Source of the DNA: Candidatus Poribacteria bacterium
Lineage (GTDB): Bacteria > Poribacteria > WGA-4E > PCPOR2b
Direction: 5' to 3'
Assembly: GCA_965215015.1 (NCBI GenBank)
Contig: OZ244042.1
Location: 288,001-352,000 of the forward strand
Length of the DNA stretch: 64,000 nt
Shown: positions 42,183 to 52,765 of the stretch, piece by piece
Layout: the number at the start of each line of letters is the position of its first letter
Position numbering within the stretch: the first letter of the stretch is position 1
Made by a program: the position numbers and the translations under genes
The notes under the pieces: generated by a model
What the model saw: only the letters and a program-made list of their open reading frames with translations
What the model was told of the DNA's origin: nothing
Database searches by the model: none

Positions 42183-44189
42183 TCACACCCACACCGTATA
42201 CATGGGACGATCTAAGATAATCCCAAGCAGCGACCAGCCGCACGCGAGGATGTAATCTCCCACAATCAGTCCTAAAAAAAACGGCAGCGATTGGCGATAT
42301 GCTCGGGCACCGCCACCCCGCAGAATCACCCATTTTAAGGTCGAGGCAAAAACTATCGTAAACCAGTAATCGTCAATGGCACGGCTCATCGCTAACGCAT
42401 AGCCCGCTGGATGAAGCGGCCACCAGAGTAATAGGCGACGTAAGAAGGTCAAGACGAATGTCAGTAACAACCCCAAAAGCAAAAAGCCATTGCCAATCCA
42501 ATCTGGCGGGAGCGGATGCTGCAACCAGTCGGACAATCGGTTGAAGGAATCCCACCCGACCGCCTTCATCCCACCGGCACGCGCTTCGGCACCGTAGCGA
42601 TAGAGAACCTGCGGAAAAATGATGAACGCCGAAAGGAGTCCCATTCCAGTTGCAAAGAGCAGAAACCAAAAAACAGAGCGGCTGGAAAAACTTGCCTGTT
42701 TGGCAATTTTGAAGCCTTCGAGTTGATGCGGCATCAGGTAGTTTCTCTTGCGATAGCTGAACCACACGAAAAGAGATAAGCCCGAAAGGTTACGGGGGCC
42801 GAAGCGGCGAGTTCCCAATAAGCTCACGAGCGAATCTTGCGGGGAAACCACGTGCATGATATGCTCCGGTACGCCGGATTCAGCGCGGATGCGTGCCATA
42901 GCAATGCACATCAGCAAAAAAACGAGAAAGAAGGCCCCAACTACCCAAAGGGACAATCCCATCTGTTGAGCGAAAATGCCAAGCAGTACACTACAAATCA
43001 CAATGCCAAAAACCGCACCACGATACCCCAACGGTTCGCCAGAATCGTCTATTCCTGTACCCAAGCAGACTTTTTTGATCACATCCCGCAGATGGCGGTT
43101 GATGGAGACTAGGGCAATTATACAGATGCCCAGCAAAGCCCCCATTGATTGTTGTCCTAAAAAAGGGTATCCCGGAATATTTGACCAGCCGGTAACATCA
43201 CCGGCAATCCGTTCGATTTTGCGGAGTATGTAGAAAAACCAGCAGGAGATGGACAGATCCAATGGGAGCAGATATGTCATACCAATCATGAAGAAGCGGA
43301 AACGGATGGGGGTCCAGCCGATGGCGTTCCACGGCTTTTCCGTGAAATAGTGATCCAGCCGGATGCCCCGCACCGGTATGTAGGGGACGCTAGGATAGAG
43401 ATAGTTTAGCCCGTTGATAATGTCAACGGCAGCCGCCACCCCAAAGCCAATCCAGAACAACCGGCTGTGAAACAGCCGGGTTTTGGAGTTACTCATCGAA
43501 AGCGGTAGCTGTATGATCGGATAGGTCAATTTCTCCTGTTCCGTCCAAGGACGGCGCAAGAGGACGGTGATACAGAGCAGCAAAATGGTTATAATTAACA
43601 CAAGAAATGTCCAACTGATTGACGGAATTAACCAATATTGCCAATAATTCGCCCCGTAAAAATCGACCTCTCCAACGTAAAAATCACGGACGGCTTCCCT
43701 GTTGGTGATGATTAACCATGTCGGTAGATTCCTTGCAAATAGATTTCCCCAATCGTTTTCGGGCGTTGCAAACCATGTTGTGTGTGGCAAAACGCCTATC
43801 AGTCCAACAAGGCTATCGTAGCCTGCAACCGCGCTCGATGTTGTTAGGATGATGTAAATCACCAAGAGATCTGTCTCTGAGAATGCTAGTTGAGGGGCGA
43901 TTCGACGCGCAAGGGCATTATAGCCAATGAGCAAAAACAGAATGAAGATTACATTCAGTGGCAGTGATACAGCGGTGAAATGCAATCCGGCCCACACCAT
44001 TTCGGCCACAGCGATCCAGTAGATGTTGGGTGGGATGAGCACGACAGCAAAGACGACAGCCTTCCATGAAATCCCTTGGGTTCGAGTGGGACCAAAAGCG
44101 TTTGGTTTCTCCTTCCGTTCTCCTGTTTGGGATTGAGAGTCAGCGAGTTTTCCCGCATTCCAAGCTCCCATTGGTGCTCCCCTTTTCAC
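42183..44189 (-). CDS. Multi-pass membrane protein, DUF6785/DUF6784 paralog
   Basis: FATPENDW, LRRPWTEQEKLTYP, RIRAESG, WWPLHPAGY. Confidence 0.8.
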   Translation of the reverse strand: MKRGAPMGAWNAGKLADSQSQTGERKEKPNAFGPTRTQGISWKAVVFAVVLIPPNIYWIAVAEMVWAGLHFTAVSLPLNVIFILFLLIGYNALARRIAPQLAFSETDLLVIYIILTTSSAVAGYDSLVGLIGVLPHTTWFATPENDWGNLFARNLPTWLIITNREAVRDFYVGEVDFYGANYWQYWLIPSISWTFLVLIITILLLCITVLLRRPWTEQEKLTYPIIQLPLSMSNSKTRLFHSRLFWIGFGVAAAVDIINGLNYLYPSVPYIPVRGIRLDHYFTEKPWNAIGWTPIRFRFFMIGMTYLLPLDLSISCWFFYILRKIERIAGDVTGWSNIPGYPFLGQQSMGALLGICIIALVSINRHLRDVIKKVCLGTGIDDSGEPLGYRGAVFGIVICSVLLGIFAQQMGLSLWVVGAFFLVFLLMCIAMARIRAESGVPEHIMHVVSPQDSLVSLLGTRRFGPRNLSGLSLFVWFSYRKRNYLMPHQLEGFKIAKQASFSSRSVFWFLLFATGMGLLSAFIIFPQVLYRYGAEARAGGMKAVGWDSFNRLSDWLQHPLPPDWIGNGFLLLGLLLTFVLTFLRRLLLWWPLHPAGYALAMSRAIDDYWFTIVFASTLKWVILRGGGARAYRQSLPFFLGLIVGDYILACGWSLLGIILDRPMYTVWV

Positions 44190-44483
44190 TCACTCGGCTT
44201 GATGTAATTATTTAACCGCCGACGCTGCTTTTCAGAACTTACGCTGCATGACATTCTAACATGGCATTCCCTTGATCAACATCAAAAATGATTTTTCAGT
44301 CCCGAGCCCGTTCCTTTGGAATTCTTTGGAAATGGAATTCGCATTACCTTTCTGGTTTACAGGTGTGGTGGAATCTGATATAATATATGGCACGTATGAG
44401 TGTGCCGTAGGCTGATAGATTGTCTGCTGTCTTGTCACAGTCAAGGTTGCACAGAAGAATGAGCGATAAATCAAGGAGGTAGT

Positions 44484-45389
44484 ATGGACACGGCGTGTTT
44501 TGATTATTGCTTGACTGAAGATGAACATCGCGAATTTGAGAAGAACGGTTTTTTTGCGGTTGAGAATGCTATACCATCACAGATGGTCAAAGACCTCACG
44601 ACTGTAGTAGACCGGCTCGATGGCCAATACCGGAGCACGGAGACGTCGCCAGATCAGAAACCCCCTGGCACCATAGACCCTAACCGGCCCCCAACGGAAT
44701 TAGTCGGGCCTCACGATCGACTGAACTTGATGGACTTTGTGGGGAAGGACGAAATTTTCCTGGAACTGCTCGATTGGTACAAGACGTTCCCAAAAGTATG
44801 GGGAATCTTGGGATGGAACATCCAGCTCTACCACTCCCATATGACGGTTACCCCACCGGGCCCCCCTGGCGAAGCTGAGGTGAAAAAGCGTTTGGGGTGG
44901 CATCAGGATAGTGCGCGTTTGAACGCCGAGTTGGAGACCACTCCCCAACCGCGCATCTCCCTCAAAGTGGGTTTCTTTCTGACCGATACCACAGAAGAAG
45001 GCAGAGGTAATTTCTATGTCCTCCCCGGCAGCCAGCTACAGAAAACACCGGACTTGCCCCCAGATGGTGTTTCAGAACCGGAAGGGGCGTTAGCCGTGAA
45101 GGTGCCACCCGGCACCGCGGTATTTTTCGATCGGCGGCTCTGGCATTCCGCCAGTCCAAATTATTCCAATATCCCACGAAAGGTACTTTTTTACGGCTAC
45201 AGCTACCGGTGGCTACGACCGAGAGATGACATGACCGTAAATCATTTTATGGATCGCTGCGATCCGATTCGACAGCAATTGCTCGGTGCCAGCACAGGTG
45301 GACACGGGTATACGTCACCGACTGATGAAGATGTCCCGCTGAAGCTTTGGTTGGCAGAGCATCTCGGCGAGGCAGCAGTGGCGGCTTGA
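44484..45389 (+). CDS. PhyH/ectoine hydroxylase-like dioxygenase
   Basis: WHQD, LKVGFFLTD, RLWHSA, YGYSYRWLRP. Confidence 0.9.
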   Translation: MDTACFDYCLTEDEHREFEKNGFFAVENAIPSQMVKDLTTVVDRLDGQYRSTETSPDQKPPGTIDPNRPPTELVGPHDRLNLMDFVGKDEIFLELLDWYKTFPKVWGILGWNIQLYHSHMTVTPPGPPGEAEVKKRLGWHQDSARLNAELETTPQPRISLKVGFFLTDTTEEGRGNFYVLPGSQLQKTPDLPPDGVSEPEGALAVKVPPGTAVFFDRRLWHSASPNYSNIPRKVLFYGYSYRWLRPRDDMTVNHFMDRCDPIRQQLLGASTGGHGYTSPTDEDVPLKLWLAEHLGEAAVAA

Positions 45390-45436
45390 CGTTCAGCGTC
45401 CGATCTCGACTTTCGGAAGAAGATTCATCCGCCTCT

Positions 45437-45898
45437 TCATGTATCCTTCTCCAGATCTTCTTCCGTCATAATTTCTATCCCATGCCGACGAAACAATGCC
45501 GCAGTGACCCCATCACCATTGATGAGGTTGCCGGTGAAAGAGCCATCATATATCTTTCCACAGCCGCAGGATGGACTTTTCGACTTGAGGAGGGAGTGGG
45601 TCGCACGATGCGCTTGAGCGATTTCTAATGCACGATACGCGCCAGCTAGGAATGCCTCGGTTTTGTCCTCACCATTTGCTGTGACGACTCGCGCCCTCCC
45701 GTTGAGGACAGCCTCTCCATCTCCGCCAACAATTTCGGCAGCGGGTCGAGGGGTCGGAAGCCCACCCAGCTGCTCCGGACAGATCTGAATCCTGGAATCT
45801 GCTTCAAATCTGTCCGTGACCGCCTCGCTTTTGCTGCCGAGACCGTTATAACGGCACTTTTCACCGATGAGACACGCGCTGATGATGATTTTTTTCAT
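45437..45898 (-). CDS. DUF523 / 2-thiouracil desulfurase (TudS) family protein
   Basis: ISACLIGEKCRYNG, CPEQLGGLPTPRP, KSKSPSCG, GDGVTA. Confidence 0.9.
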   Translation of the reverse strand: MKKIIISACLIGEKCRYNGLGSKSEAVTDRFEADSRIQICPEQLGGLPTPRPAAEIVGGDGEAVLNGRARVVTANGEDKTEAFLAGAYRALEIAQAHRATHSLLKSKSPSCGCGKIYDGSFTGNLINGDGVTAALFRRHGIEIMTEEDLEKDT

Positions 45899-45972
45899 AG
45901 TAATTTCTCGATTGAAACCTTGTGCAGCTTCCAACCCTTCCGATTAAGCCTATCTTTGAATTAAGACTACAG

Positions 45973-47814
45973 ATGTCAACCCAATTTTCTCAACTCAGCA
46001 GCCAAATTTTCATTCATCACAGTTCTATCAATGTTGGCATTTTGCGCGACGATAATCGCGCTCTGCTGATTGACTGTGGGGACGGTAGTGTGCGTTCAAC
46101 CCTCAACACGCTCGGAATTACAACCGTTGATACCATACTATTCACACATCACCACCGCGATCAAGCCTCGGGCACCGGAATCGTAGCGTCAGAGGACACA
46201 CGCATTGGCGTCCCAACGCAAGAGCGTCAATGGTTTGAATCGGTCGAAACCTTCTGGAATGACCCACAAATGCGCTGGCATCTCTACAACTATCACCCCC
46301 ACAATCTGATGCTTGCTGAATCGATCCCCGTGACCGATAGCTATGCCGAAGGGGATTCCCTCCAATGGGGAAACGCAAAAATCCGCGTAATTGATACACC
46401 CGGTCACACGGATGGGAGTGTATCTTATACCGTTGAAGTTGATGGACTCTGTTTCGCTTTTTGCGGCGACCTGATTTATGATAGGGGACAGATTTGGGAA
46501 TTATACAGTCTCCAAAAAGGCGAAGAAACAACGGATTATCACGGTTTCCTCGGTGATAGACAACGATTGACCTATAGCCTCAAAAAACTACGGCAACGGT
46601 ATCCCGAAGTCCTCATCCCTTCACATGGGAAGATTATGCGCGAGCCGGTGGACGCAATTGACGCGCTCAGCGAGCGGCTCGATGCCTGCTACGATAAGTA
46701 TGTCGCTATCTCCGCACTCCGATACCACTTTCCGAAGCTATTTACCGCGTTTGAGGGTAGCACAGGGCACATGTCCATCCGCGAAGGCAAAACGGTGCCA
46801 GCATTTCTGCGCCACTACGGAACGACGTGGATGATTATCTCGGAAAATAGAGAGGCGTTTGTCATGGACTGCGGTAGCCCCGGCATCTTAAAACAGATTC
46901 AGAGTCTCAAAGCCGAGGGAGAGATCTCCGACCTGACAGAGTTCTGGATTACCCACTACCATGACGATCATGTGGACGCCAGCCCTGAATTTCAGCAGAG
47001 CTTCCCGTGCACAACGCGAACCGATTCAACTGTGGCTGAGGTCTTGGAAAACCCACGCAGATTCCGACTCCCCTGCATCTCACCCGCTGTCGCCCGAATT
47101 GATCATCGCACCCAAGACGGTGATTCGTGGACGTGGAACGAATTTAAGATGACTGCTTACCACTTCCCCGGTCAGACCTACTATCACGGCGGATTGCTCG
47201 TTGAGGGGCGAGGTGTCCGGATGTTCTTTGCCGGCGATTCTTTCACAATGGCAGGTATTGATGATTACTGCTCCGGGAACCGTAACCTACTTGGTGAAGG
47301 AGTGGGATATGATCGGTGCCTTGCTTGGATTGCCGAACTCAAACCGACCCATATCTTCAACTGCCACGTACCATGTGCCTTCACTTTTAGTGACGAAGAG
47401 ATTCATCAGATGCGCACAAACCTTGCTGAAAGGGAGCGTCTCTATGCCGATCTCTTTCCGTGGGACCATCCCAACTACGGGATGGACGAACACTGGGTAC
47501 GCCCGTACCCCTACGAGCAAAATGTCACCGCCGGCGAGACAGCAACCTTGCGTCTGGATTTTACAAACCACTCCTCACAAGCCCGAATTGCGAGTTGCCG
47601 CCCAATCCTTCCTGAATTGTGGGGCCTCAACATCCCCGAACAGGGGGTGACCATTCCACCGAAACAGGATGGGCACATCACCTTTTCGATTCCAATTCCG
47701 ACACACGCCAACGGCGCACAACGCACCGTTATTCCCCTAGATGTAACTTATGATGGACAATCGCTTGGACAGTTCCGTGAAGCGGTTTTCGTCTTCCCAT
47801 CTAACGCCCAATAA
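45973..47814 (+). CDS. Tandem metallo-beta-lactamase-fold hydrolase
   Basis: THHHRDQ...TPGHT...GD and THYHDDH...FPGQT...GD. Confidence 0.85.
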   Translation: MSTQFSQLSSQIFIHHSSINVGILRDDNRALLIDCGDGSVRSTLNTLGITTVDTILFTHHHRDQASGTGIVASEDTRIGVPTQERQWFESVETFWNDPQMRWHLYNYHPHNLMLAESIPVTDSYAEGDSLQWGNAKIRVIDTPGHTDGSVSYTVEVDGLCFAFCGDLIYDRGQIWELYSLQKGEETTDYHGFLGDRQRLTYSLKKLRQRYPEVLIPSHGKIMREPVDAIDALSERLDACYDKYVAISALRYHFPKLFTAFEGSTGHMSIREGKTVPAFLRHYGTTWMIISENREAFVMDCGSPGILKQIQSLKAEGEISDLTEFWITHYHDDHVDASPEFQQSFPCTTRTDSTVAEVLENPRRFRLPCISPAVARIDHRTQDGDSWTWNEFKMTAYHFPGQTYYHGGLLVEGRGVRMFFAGDSFTMAGIDDYCSGNRNLLGEGVGYDRCLAWIAELKPTHIFNCHVPCAFTFSDEEIHQMRTNLAERERLYADLFPWDHPNYGMDEHWVRPYPYEQNVTAGETATLRLDFTNHSSQARIASCRPILPELWGLNIPEQGVTIPPKQDGHITFSIPIPTHANGAQRTVIPLDVTYDGQSLGQFREAVFVFPSNAQ

Positions 47815-47890
47815 CCTTTGGTGCTAGTTGGTGAAGATATTAAGTTCAGCTAGTTCATTAATGAACCAATTACGTTTCACGCGCTGCCTT

Positions 47891-48709
47891 TCAAAATTGG
47901 CCTCGGCGGAATCCGTAGCGAATTTCGCCTGTCAAAAACTGCTGTTGCTCCGGTGTCACCCGTTCAAGCAAATCCGCCGGCGGATCATAGCGTCGCCATG
48001 TTTGCATGAATGGCGGTGTATACCCGTAGACCAGTGAATAGCGCGGAGACGCACCAGCTTTGAGTTGAGGTCCGGCATGAATCAGTGTTTCGCTCAAGAT
48101 AAGGACATCCCCCGCTTGGGATCGTAGTTGCTTCGCTAAGGTGTCATCCATGAACTCGCGGAGCGTTTTCGTGGGGGTGTTCATCCGATGACTACCCGGC
48201 ACCACCCAAGTGCCCTCGCCCGGACCGTTGTCGGTCAGGTAGATGAAGGACTTGCTAAACATACAGTGGTAGTGTCCCTCCGCCTCAAAACTACCGAAAT
48301 TCGGGGCAGTGCCCCGGTGCCAACCTTCGTCCTTGACATGAGAAACTTCGCTGGAGTTTCCGTTTTCAGTCCCATTTGGATAGTTAATCAGGTATTGATG
48401 CTCCTCAAGGCGCACGTCACCGCCGACCACATCCTGAATAATCGGGAGCAGGATCGGGTGCATCGCCGTTTCTAGCAGATGCGGATGATACCAAGCGCAT
48501 CTTGAGAGAACGGTTAGCGTCGGAGTTTTTGGATAGCCATCGTGCTTGTAAGTACACCTGTCATCAGCGTCCATCTGATCTGCCAAATCGATGAGACGTT
48601 GACATTCTGCTGGACTGAAAATCTCCTTGAGTAGAACGTAGCCGTTGACGTCGTAGAAGTAGCGTTGTGCCGGGTCCAATTTGGCTTTTACTTCTGTGTC
48701 GGTTTGCAT
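47891..48709 (-). CDS. PhyH-family dioxygenase with HxG motif
   Basis: YFYDVNGY, GWHRG, TWVVPGSH, LIHAG. Confidence 0.85.
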   Translation of the reverse strand: MQTDTEVKAKLDPAQRYFYDVNGYVLLKEIFSPAECQRLIDLADQMDADDRCTYKHDGYPKTPTLTVLSRCAWYHPHLLETAMHPILLPIIQDVVGGDVRLEEHQYLINYPNGTENGNSSEVSHVKDEGWHRGTAPNFGSFEAEGHYHCMFSKSFIYLTDNGPGEGTWVVPGSHRMNTPTKTLREFMDDTLAKQLRSQAGDVLILSETLIHAGPQLKAGASPRYSLVYGYTPPFMQTWRRYDPPADLLERVTPEQQQFLTGEIRYGFRRGQF

Positions 48710-48746
48710 TTGAATCTACCTCTCCTTAGTTCGATTAGCTCATCCC

Positions 48747-49670
48747 TTATTTAATGGGAGCTGCGTTGCCGGCGATATACTGCTCGACCTCTTCTTGTTC
48801 CACACAACCCACAAAGGTCCCTCCCGGACCCACATGGTAGAAATTCTCCGCATACCCAAGCCCGTACTCCCGACCGATTTCTCTGTATGCCTTTAAGCCA
48901 AACAGCTTGATATACGCACGATCGGCTGTCTCGTCATCGCCATCAAGTGCCGGCAGGTGTAACCCCTGTTTTTCGAGCCGTGCCTTAAGCCTCGATCCGC
49001 TTGAGCCTGCCGGTCCCTGCGATTTATTAACGCTCATCGAAGCGACCTTCTCCTCCATATAATTGCTGATATCCACCACCCGATTGTACGGCTGCCCCTG
49101 ACGCGCAACCCAGTAATACTGCTCTGTCACCGTTTGAGGTGCAATGCCGAGTGCCACCTGTTCTGGATAATCCTTGCTCATGCCAGCCATCCAGCGCGCA
49201 GCTTCGACCGCCCGGGCGGTTATATAGTGATCTGGGTTCTCCTCGCTGGGTCCCCAAGGATTGAAGGTGAATACGGTGTTAACCTTTAGCATACGAAAGA
49301 GAAAGACCAACCGAGCCCGCAGTTCTAAGGGAGATGCTTCGTCAAGGCGGTGATTCCGGTATCCAAGATTGAAAACCTGTTTGAATCCCAACACTTTCGT
49401 CAATTCGTCAACCTCGCGCTCGTTGCTCAAGATAGTTTCACCGATACTTGATGTCGGTCCGCACTTTTCATCATTAGTGGTCTGGATAAGATAGCCGGTG
49501 TAACCCTCTGCGATGAGTTTGGCGATTGTGCCGCCACAAAAAAGCGGGATGTCGTCCGCATGTGGTTGGACTGCAGCCAGCACCTTGCCCTTATGGGGTT
49601 GACCCTCCGCAGGGCGTTCGATGGTGACATTCCCGAATTCCATCTCTTTATTTTCCGTAGTCGTGGACAT
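48747..49670 (-). CDS. PIG-L/LmbE family deacetylase
   Basis: QPHADD, GGTIAKL, ENPDH. Confidence 0.88.
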   Translation of the reverse strand: MSTTTENKEMEFGNVTIERPAEGQPHKGKVLAAVQPHADDIPLFCGGTIAKLIAEGYTGYLIQTTNDEKCGPTSSIGETILSNEREVDELTKVLGFKQVFNLGYRNHRLDEASPLELRARLVFLFRMLKVNTVFTFNPWGPSEENPDHYITARAVEAARWMAGMSKDYPEQVALGIAPQTVTEQYYWVARQGQPYNRVVDISNYMEEKVASMSVNKSQGPAGSSGSRLKARLEKQGLHLPALDGDDETADRAYIKLFGLKAYREIGREYGLGYAENFYHVGPGGTFVGCVEQEEVEQYIAGNAAPIK

Positions 49671-49873
49671 TGTTCACTCCTCAATTGTGCGCGAGCGGAT
49701 AGACATATCTTGAAATGACGAAAGATTTATTGACAACGAGGTAAGAGGCTCCGAGTAGTTTACAGATTTGTTGCACCGCCGGTGCTTTAGTCCATTCCAA
49801 AAGGGCTTGTGGAGGCCTTCTTATAAAAAAAACAGTGAACACATCGAGCAGATTGAGCAAGAGATTAAAAACT

Positions 49874-50021
49874 TAGGAGTTACGCAGTTGAACGCCCGAA
49901 GCCCCGTAGTTCCGACGATTTTCGGGCAACTACAGTAAGGTCTGTTTGTAGTAGGGCGATTTATCGCCCGTCGTGACGCGCAATGGATTGCACGACTACG
50001 AGTTGAAATGTGTAAGTCCTA
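49874..50021. mobile_element. MITE with AGGA(C/G)TTACGCA TIRs carrying REP palindromes
   Basis: TAGGAGTTACGCA ... TGTGTAAGTCCTA; its end contains the TAG stop of dacB. Confidence 0.7.
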
Positions 50022-51542
50022 TTCCAATTCTTCATAAGGAGCCTGTCTGCTGAACCGCGTGAGTATATCGCCAATTTTATCTTGTAAGGCGCGCCGCGGA
50101 CTCACAGAACCGAGATAATTGCTCATTATAATCGAGAACGCCACCGTTTCCCCATCCGCAGTCGCGGTATAGCCAGCAAGTGCTGTTAGCCCCCTCAACG
50201 TTCCGGTTTTGGCGCGTAAAATCCCTTCCGCTGTCATGCCCCGCATCCGCCGTGTCAGCGTTCCGTCCACCCCTCCAACCGGCAGGGATGCAAGATATTC
50301 CGGCATCACCGCAAAATTATGGAACATATAGACCAGCAAATCCGTCAGGAGAGAAGCCGTTACTAAATTATAGCGGGATACCCCCGAACCATCGGCAAAG
50401 GTATAATGTCCTCTATCCATCCCAATTTCACCCAGAAATTGACTAATCGCTTCTAATCCTTTCTCTCCTGTCCCCGGCGTTCCTCCTAATTCAGCACCTA
50501 TTGTTTTTAACAAAAGTTCGGCAATCAGATTATCACTCGGCTTGTTCATCTCCCAGAGGATGCGGGATAGCGGCGGGGATACATGCTGGATAATTACCAC
50601 TGCCTCTTCAGGGACTTCACCATAACGAACTGTTCCCTGAAGGGGCACACCCCGCTTTGCAAGCATTTCCCGTAATAGGGTGCCGCAGTAAAGTGCTGGG
50701 TCAAGTACGTCTACACGTCGGTTCATCTCGACTTGACCGATTGCCATCACTCCATCAATCATCAGGATGTTTTCCTCGGTGGATCCCTCCTTTCGTTTAA
50801 TCGTCAGTCCTGTTTTTTCCGATACCCCTACTGTAACGGCATCATTAACAGTTTTCATATACTGTGTAGGAGGGTCAAGATGGACGCGAACAGACTCGTC
50901 AACTTTACTGCCGGGCAAAATGCGAACAAGCACACCGTTATGATTAATCGTCAGTGCGCTCAGATGCGAGTAGTGCCCACCGATGGGACCATCGTCCCAC
51001 ATCCAACCTTTGCCCCGCCGAATAGCATCAAAACGAGTTTCGTCCACCACAATATCGCCCTGCAAATCTTTCGTACCCATTTCCACCAATTTTTCGACCA
51101 TCTTCTCTAAGTCATTGCTATCAAACACCGGATCGCCGCCCCCTTTGAGATAGATATTCCTCAAGATCTGACGGTTTTCAACGGGATCCGCGTAAAGCGT
51201 GGTACGGAAACGGTAGTTTGGGTTGAGTTTAACTAGTGCCGTTGCTGCGGTGATTAATTTCATCGTTGAGGCTGGGTGATACAATTTCTCGGCATCTTTC
51301 TCGTAAAGTACCTCTCCCGTTTCAAGTGAAACAACCTTTACCCCGACATTTGAGGAGGCAAAGAGTGGATCGTTCAGTGTGGCTTCGATTTTTGCCTGTA
51401 AACGCTGGACAGGCCTTGACAACTGTGGCAGGGCAGGCGGTAAAATTTCCACTGTTGAAGACGTTCCACAACTGTATAATACGGCACACCAGAATAGTGT
51501 GCAAAACCAGAGACCAGTTTTCGCTATCTTCCACATTTTCAA
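50019..51542 (-). CDS. dacB: D-Ala-D-Ala carboxypeptidase/endopeptidase PBP4 (peptidase S13)
   Basis: PASTMK, SDN, DGSG.SR, AKTGTL. Confidence 0.92.
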   Translation of the reverse strand: MKMWKIAKTGLWFCTLFWCAVLYSCGTSSTVEILPPALPQLSRPVQRLQAKIEATLNDPLFASSNVGVKVVSLETGEVLYEKDAEKLYHPASTMKLITAATALVKLNPNYRFRTTLYADPVENRQILRNIYLKGGGDPVFDSNDLEKMVEKLVEMGTKDLQGDIVVDETRFDAIRRGKGWMWDDGPIGGHYSHLSALTINHNGVLVRILPGSKVDESVRVHLDPPTQYMKTVNDAVTVGVSEKTGLTIKRKEGSTEENILMIDGVMAIGQVEMNRRVDVLDPALYCGTLLREMLAKRGVPLQGTVRYGEVPEEAVVIIQHVSPPLSRILWEMNKPSDNLIAELLLKTIGAELGGTPGTGEKGLEAISQFLGEIGMDRGHYTFADGSGVSRYNLVTASLLTDLLVYMFHNFAVMPEYLASLPVGGVDGTLTRRMRGMTAEGILRAKTGTLRGLTALAGYTATADGETVAFSIIMSNYLGSVSPRRALQDKIGDILTRFSRQAPYEELE

Positions 51543-52741
51543 ATAACTCCATCCCGACGCAAGTCTGCAATCGCCTTGTCATTCAACCCAAGCAGATTGG
51601 TAAGAATTTGATCGGTGTGCTCTCCGAGCAGCGGCGGCGGCATCCGCATCTGCGTTGGAGTTCCTGACAAATTGAGTGGTGTTCCTGCCAATCGCACGGT
51701 TTCTGCCGTTGGGTGGGGCATTTCCACCCACATTTCTCGCGCTAATGCCTGTGGGTCGGCGAACACCTTATCAAGAGAGTTGACCGGTCCGGCGGGCACA
51801 TCAGCATCAGCGCAGCGTCTCAGCCATTCAGCGACAGGTTTTTGGCAAAATAACTCCTCCAGCATCGGGATTAACACCGCTCGGTGAGCAACGCGCTGCG
51901 GATTGGTAGCAAACCGTTCGTCCCCTGCCCACGCGCTTACCCCCGCCGCTGCACAGAAACGTTTCCACTGCCCATCGTTGCCGATGGCAAGGATGAGGTA
52001 ATCGTCCATCGCCTGAAACGCTTGATACGGCACAATGCTGGAATGTGCGTTACCCCAGCGTCCCGGCACCTCGCCTGAACAGAGATAATTGCTGCCAACA
52101 TTTGCTAGCAGCGCAATTTGTGAGTCGAGGAGTGCTATGTCAATGTGCTGTCCTTCGCCAATACGCTCGCGGGCAAATAACGCAGCCAAAATAGCGTTAC
52201 ACGCAAACAGTGCCGAAGCGACATCCACGATCGCCACGCCAATTTTCATGGGGGTGCCGTCGCGTTCACCGGTGATGGACATGAAACCACCACGGCCCTG
52301 AATCAAGAAGTCATAGCCCGGCAACTCATGGTCGGGGCCCGTGTGTCCAAAGCCACTGATAGAACAGTAAATCAGACGCGGGTTAATTTCCTTGAGCGAT
52401 GCGTAATCCAGACCGACTGCGTCCAAACCGCCGATACGGAAGTTCTCAATTAACACATCGCTTTGTGCTGCGAGTTTTCGCGCAACGGCAATCCCCTGTT
52501 CGTCCTTGAGGTTCAGTGTAAGGCTTTTTTTGTTCCGATTGCAGCAGAGATAATACGCAGATTCACCACCGAGGAATGGGGGACCCCACTGACGGGTTTC
52601 ATCGCCGACGCCGGGGCGTTCAACTTTGAGGACTTCCGCACCCAAATCGCCCAGCATCATGGCGCAGTAGGGGCCTGCCAAATGCCGAGACAGATCCAGA
52701 ACATGGATGCCGTCCAATGGACTCAAGGCCATTATGTACAC
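51539..52741 (-). CDS. Family III CoA transferase (CaiB/BaiF)
   Basis: LAGPYCAMMLGDLGAEV, NRNKKS, ENFR, PPLLGEHT. Confidence 0.93.
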   Translation of the reverse strand: MYIMALSPLDGIHVLDLSRHLAGPYCAMMLGDLGAEVLKVERPGVGDETRQWGPPFLGGESAYYLCCNRNKKSLTLNLKDEQGIAVARKLAAQSDVLIENFRIGGLDAVGLDYASLKEINPRLIYCSISGFGHTGPDHELPGYDFLIQGRGGFMSITGERDGTPMKIGVAIVDVASALFACNAILAALFARERIGEGQHIDIALLDSQIALLANVGSNYLCSGEVPGRWGNAHSSIVPYQAFQAMDDYLILAIGNDGQWKRFCAAAGVSAWAGDERFATNPQRVAHRAVLIPMLEELFCQKPVAEWLRRCADADVPAGPVNSLDKVFADPQALAREMWVEMPHPTAETVRLAGTPLNLSGTPTQMRMPPPLLGEHTDQILTNLLGLNDKAIADLRRDGVI

Positions 52742-52765
52742 CTGCCTTCTTGTGCTATCGAGGTA

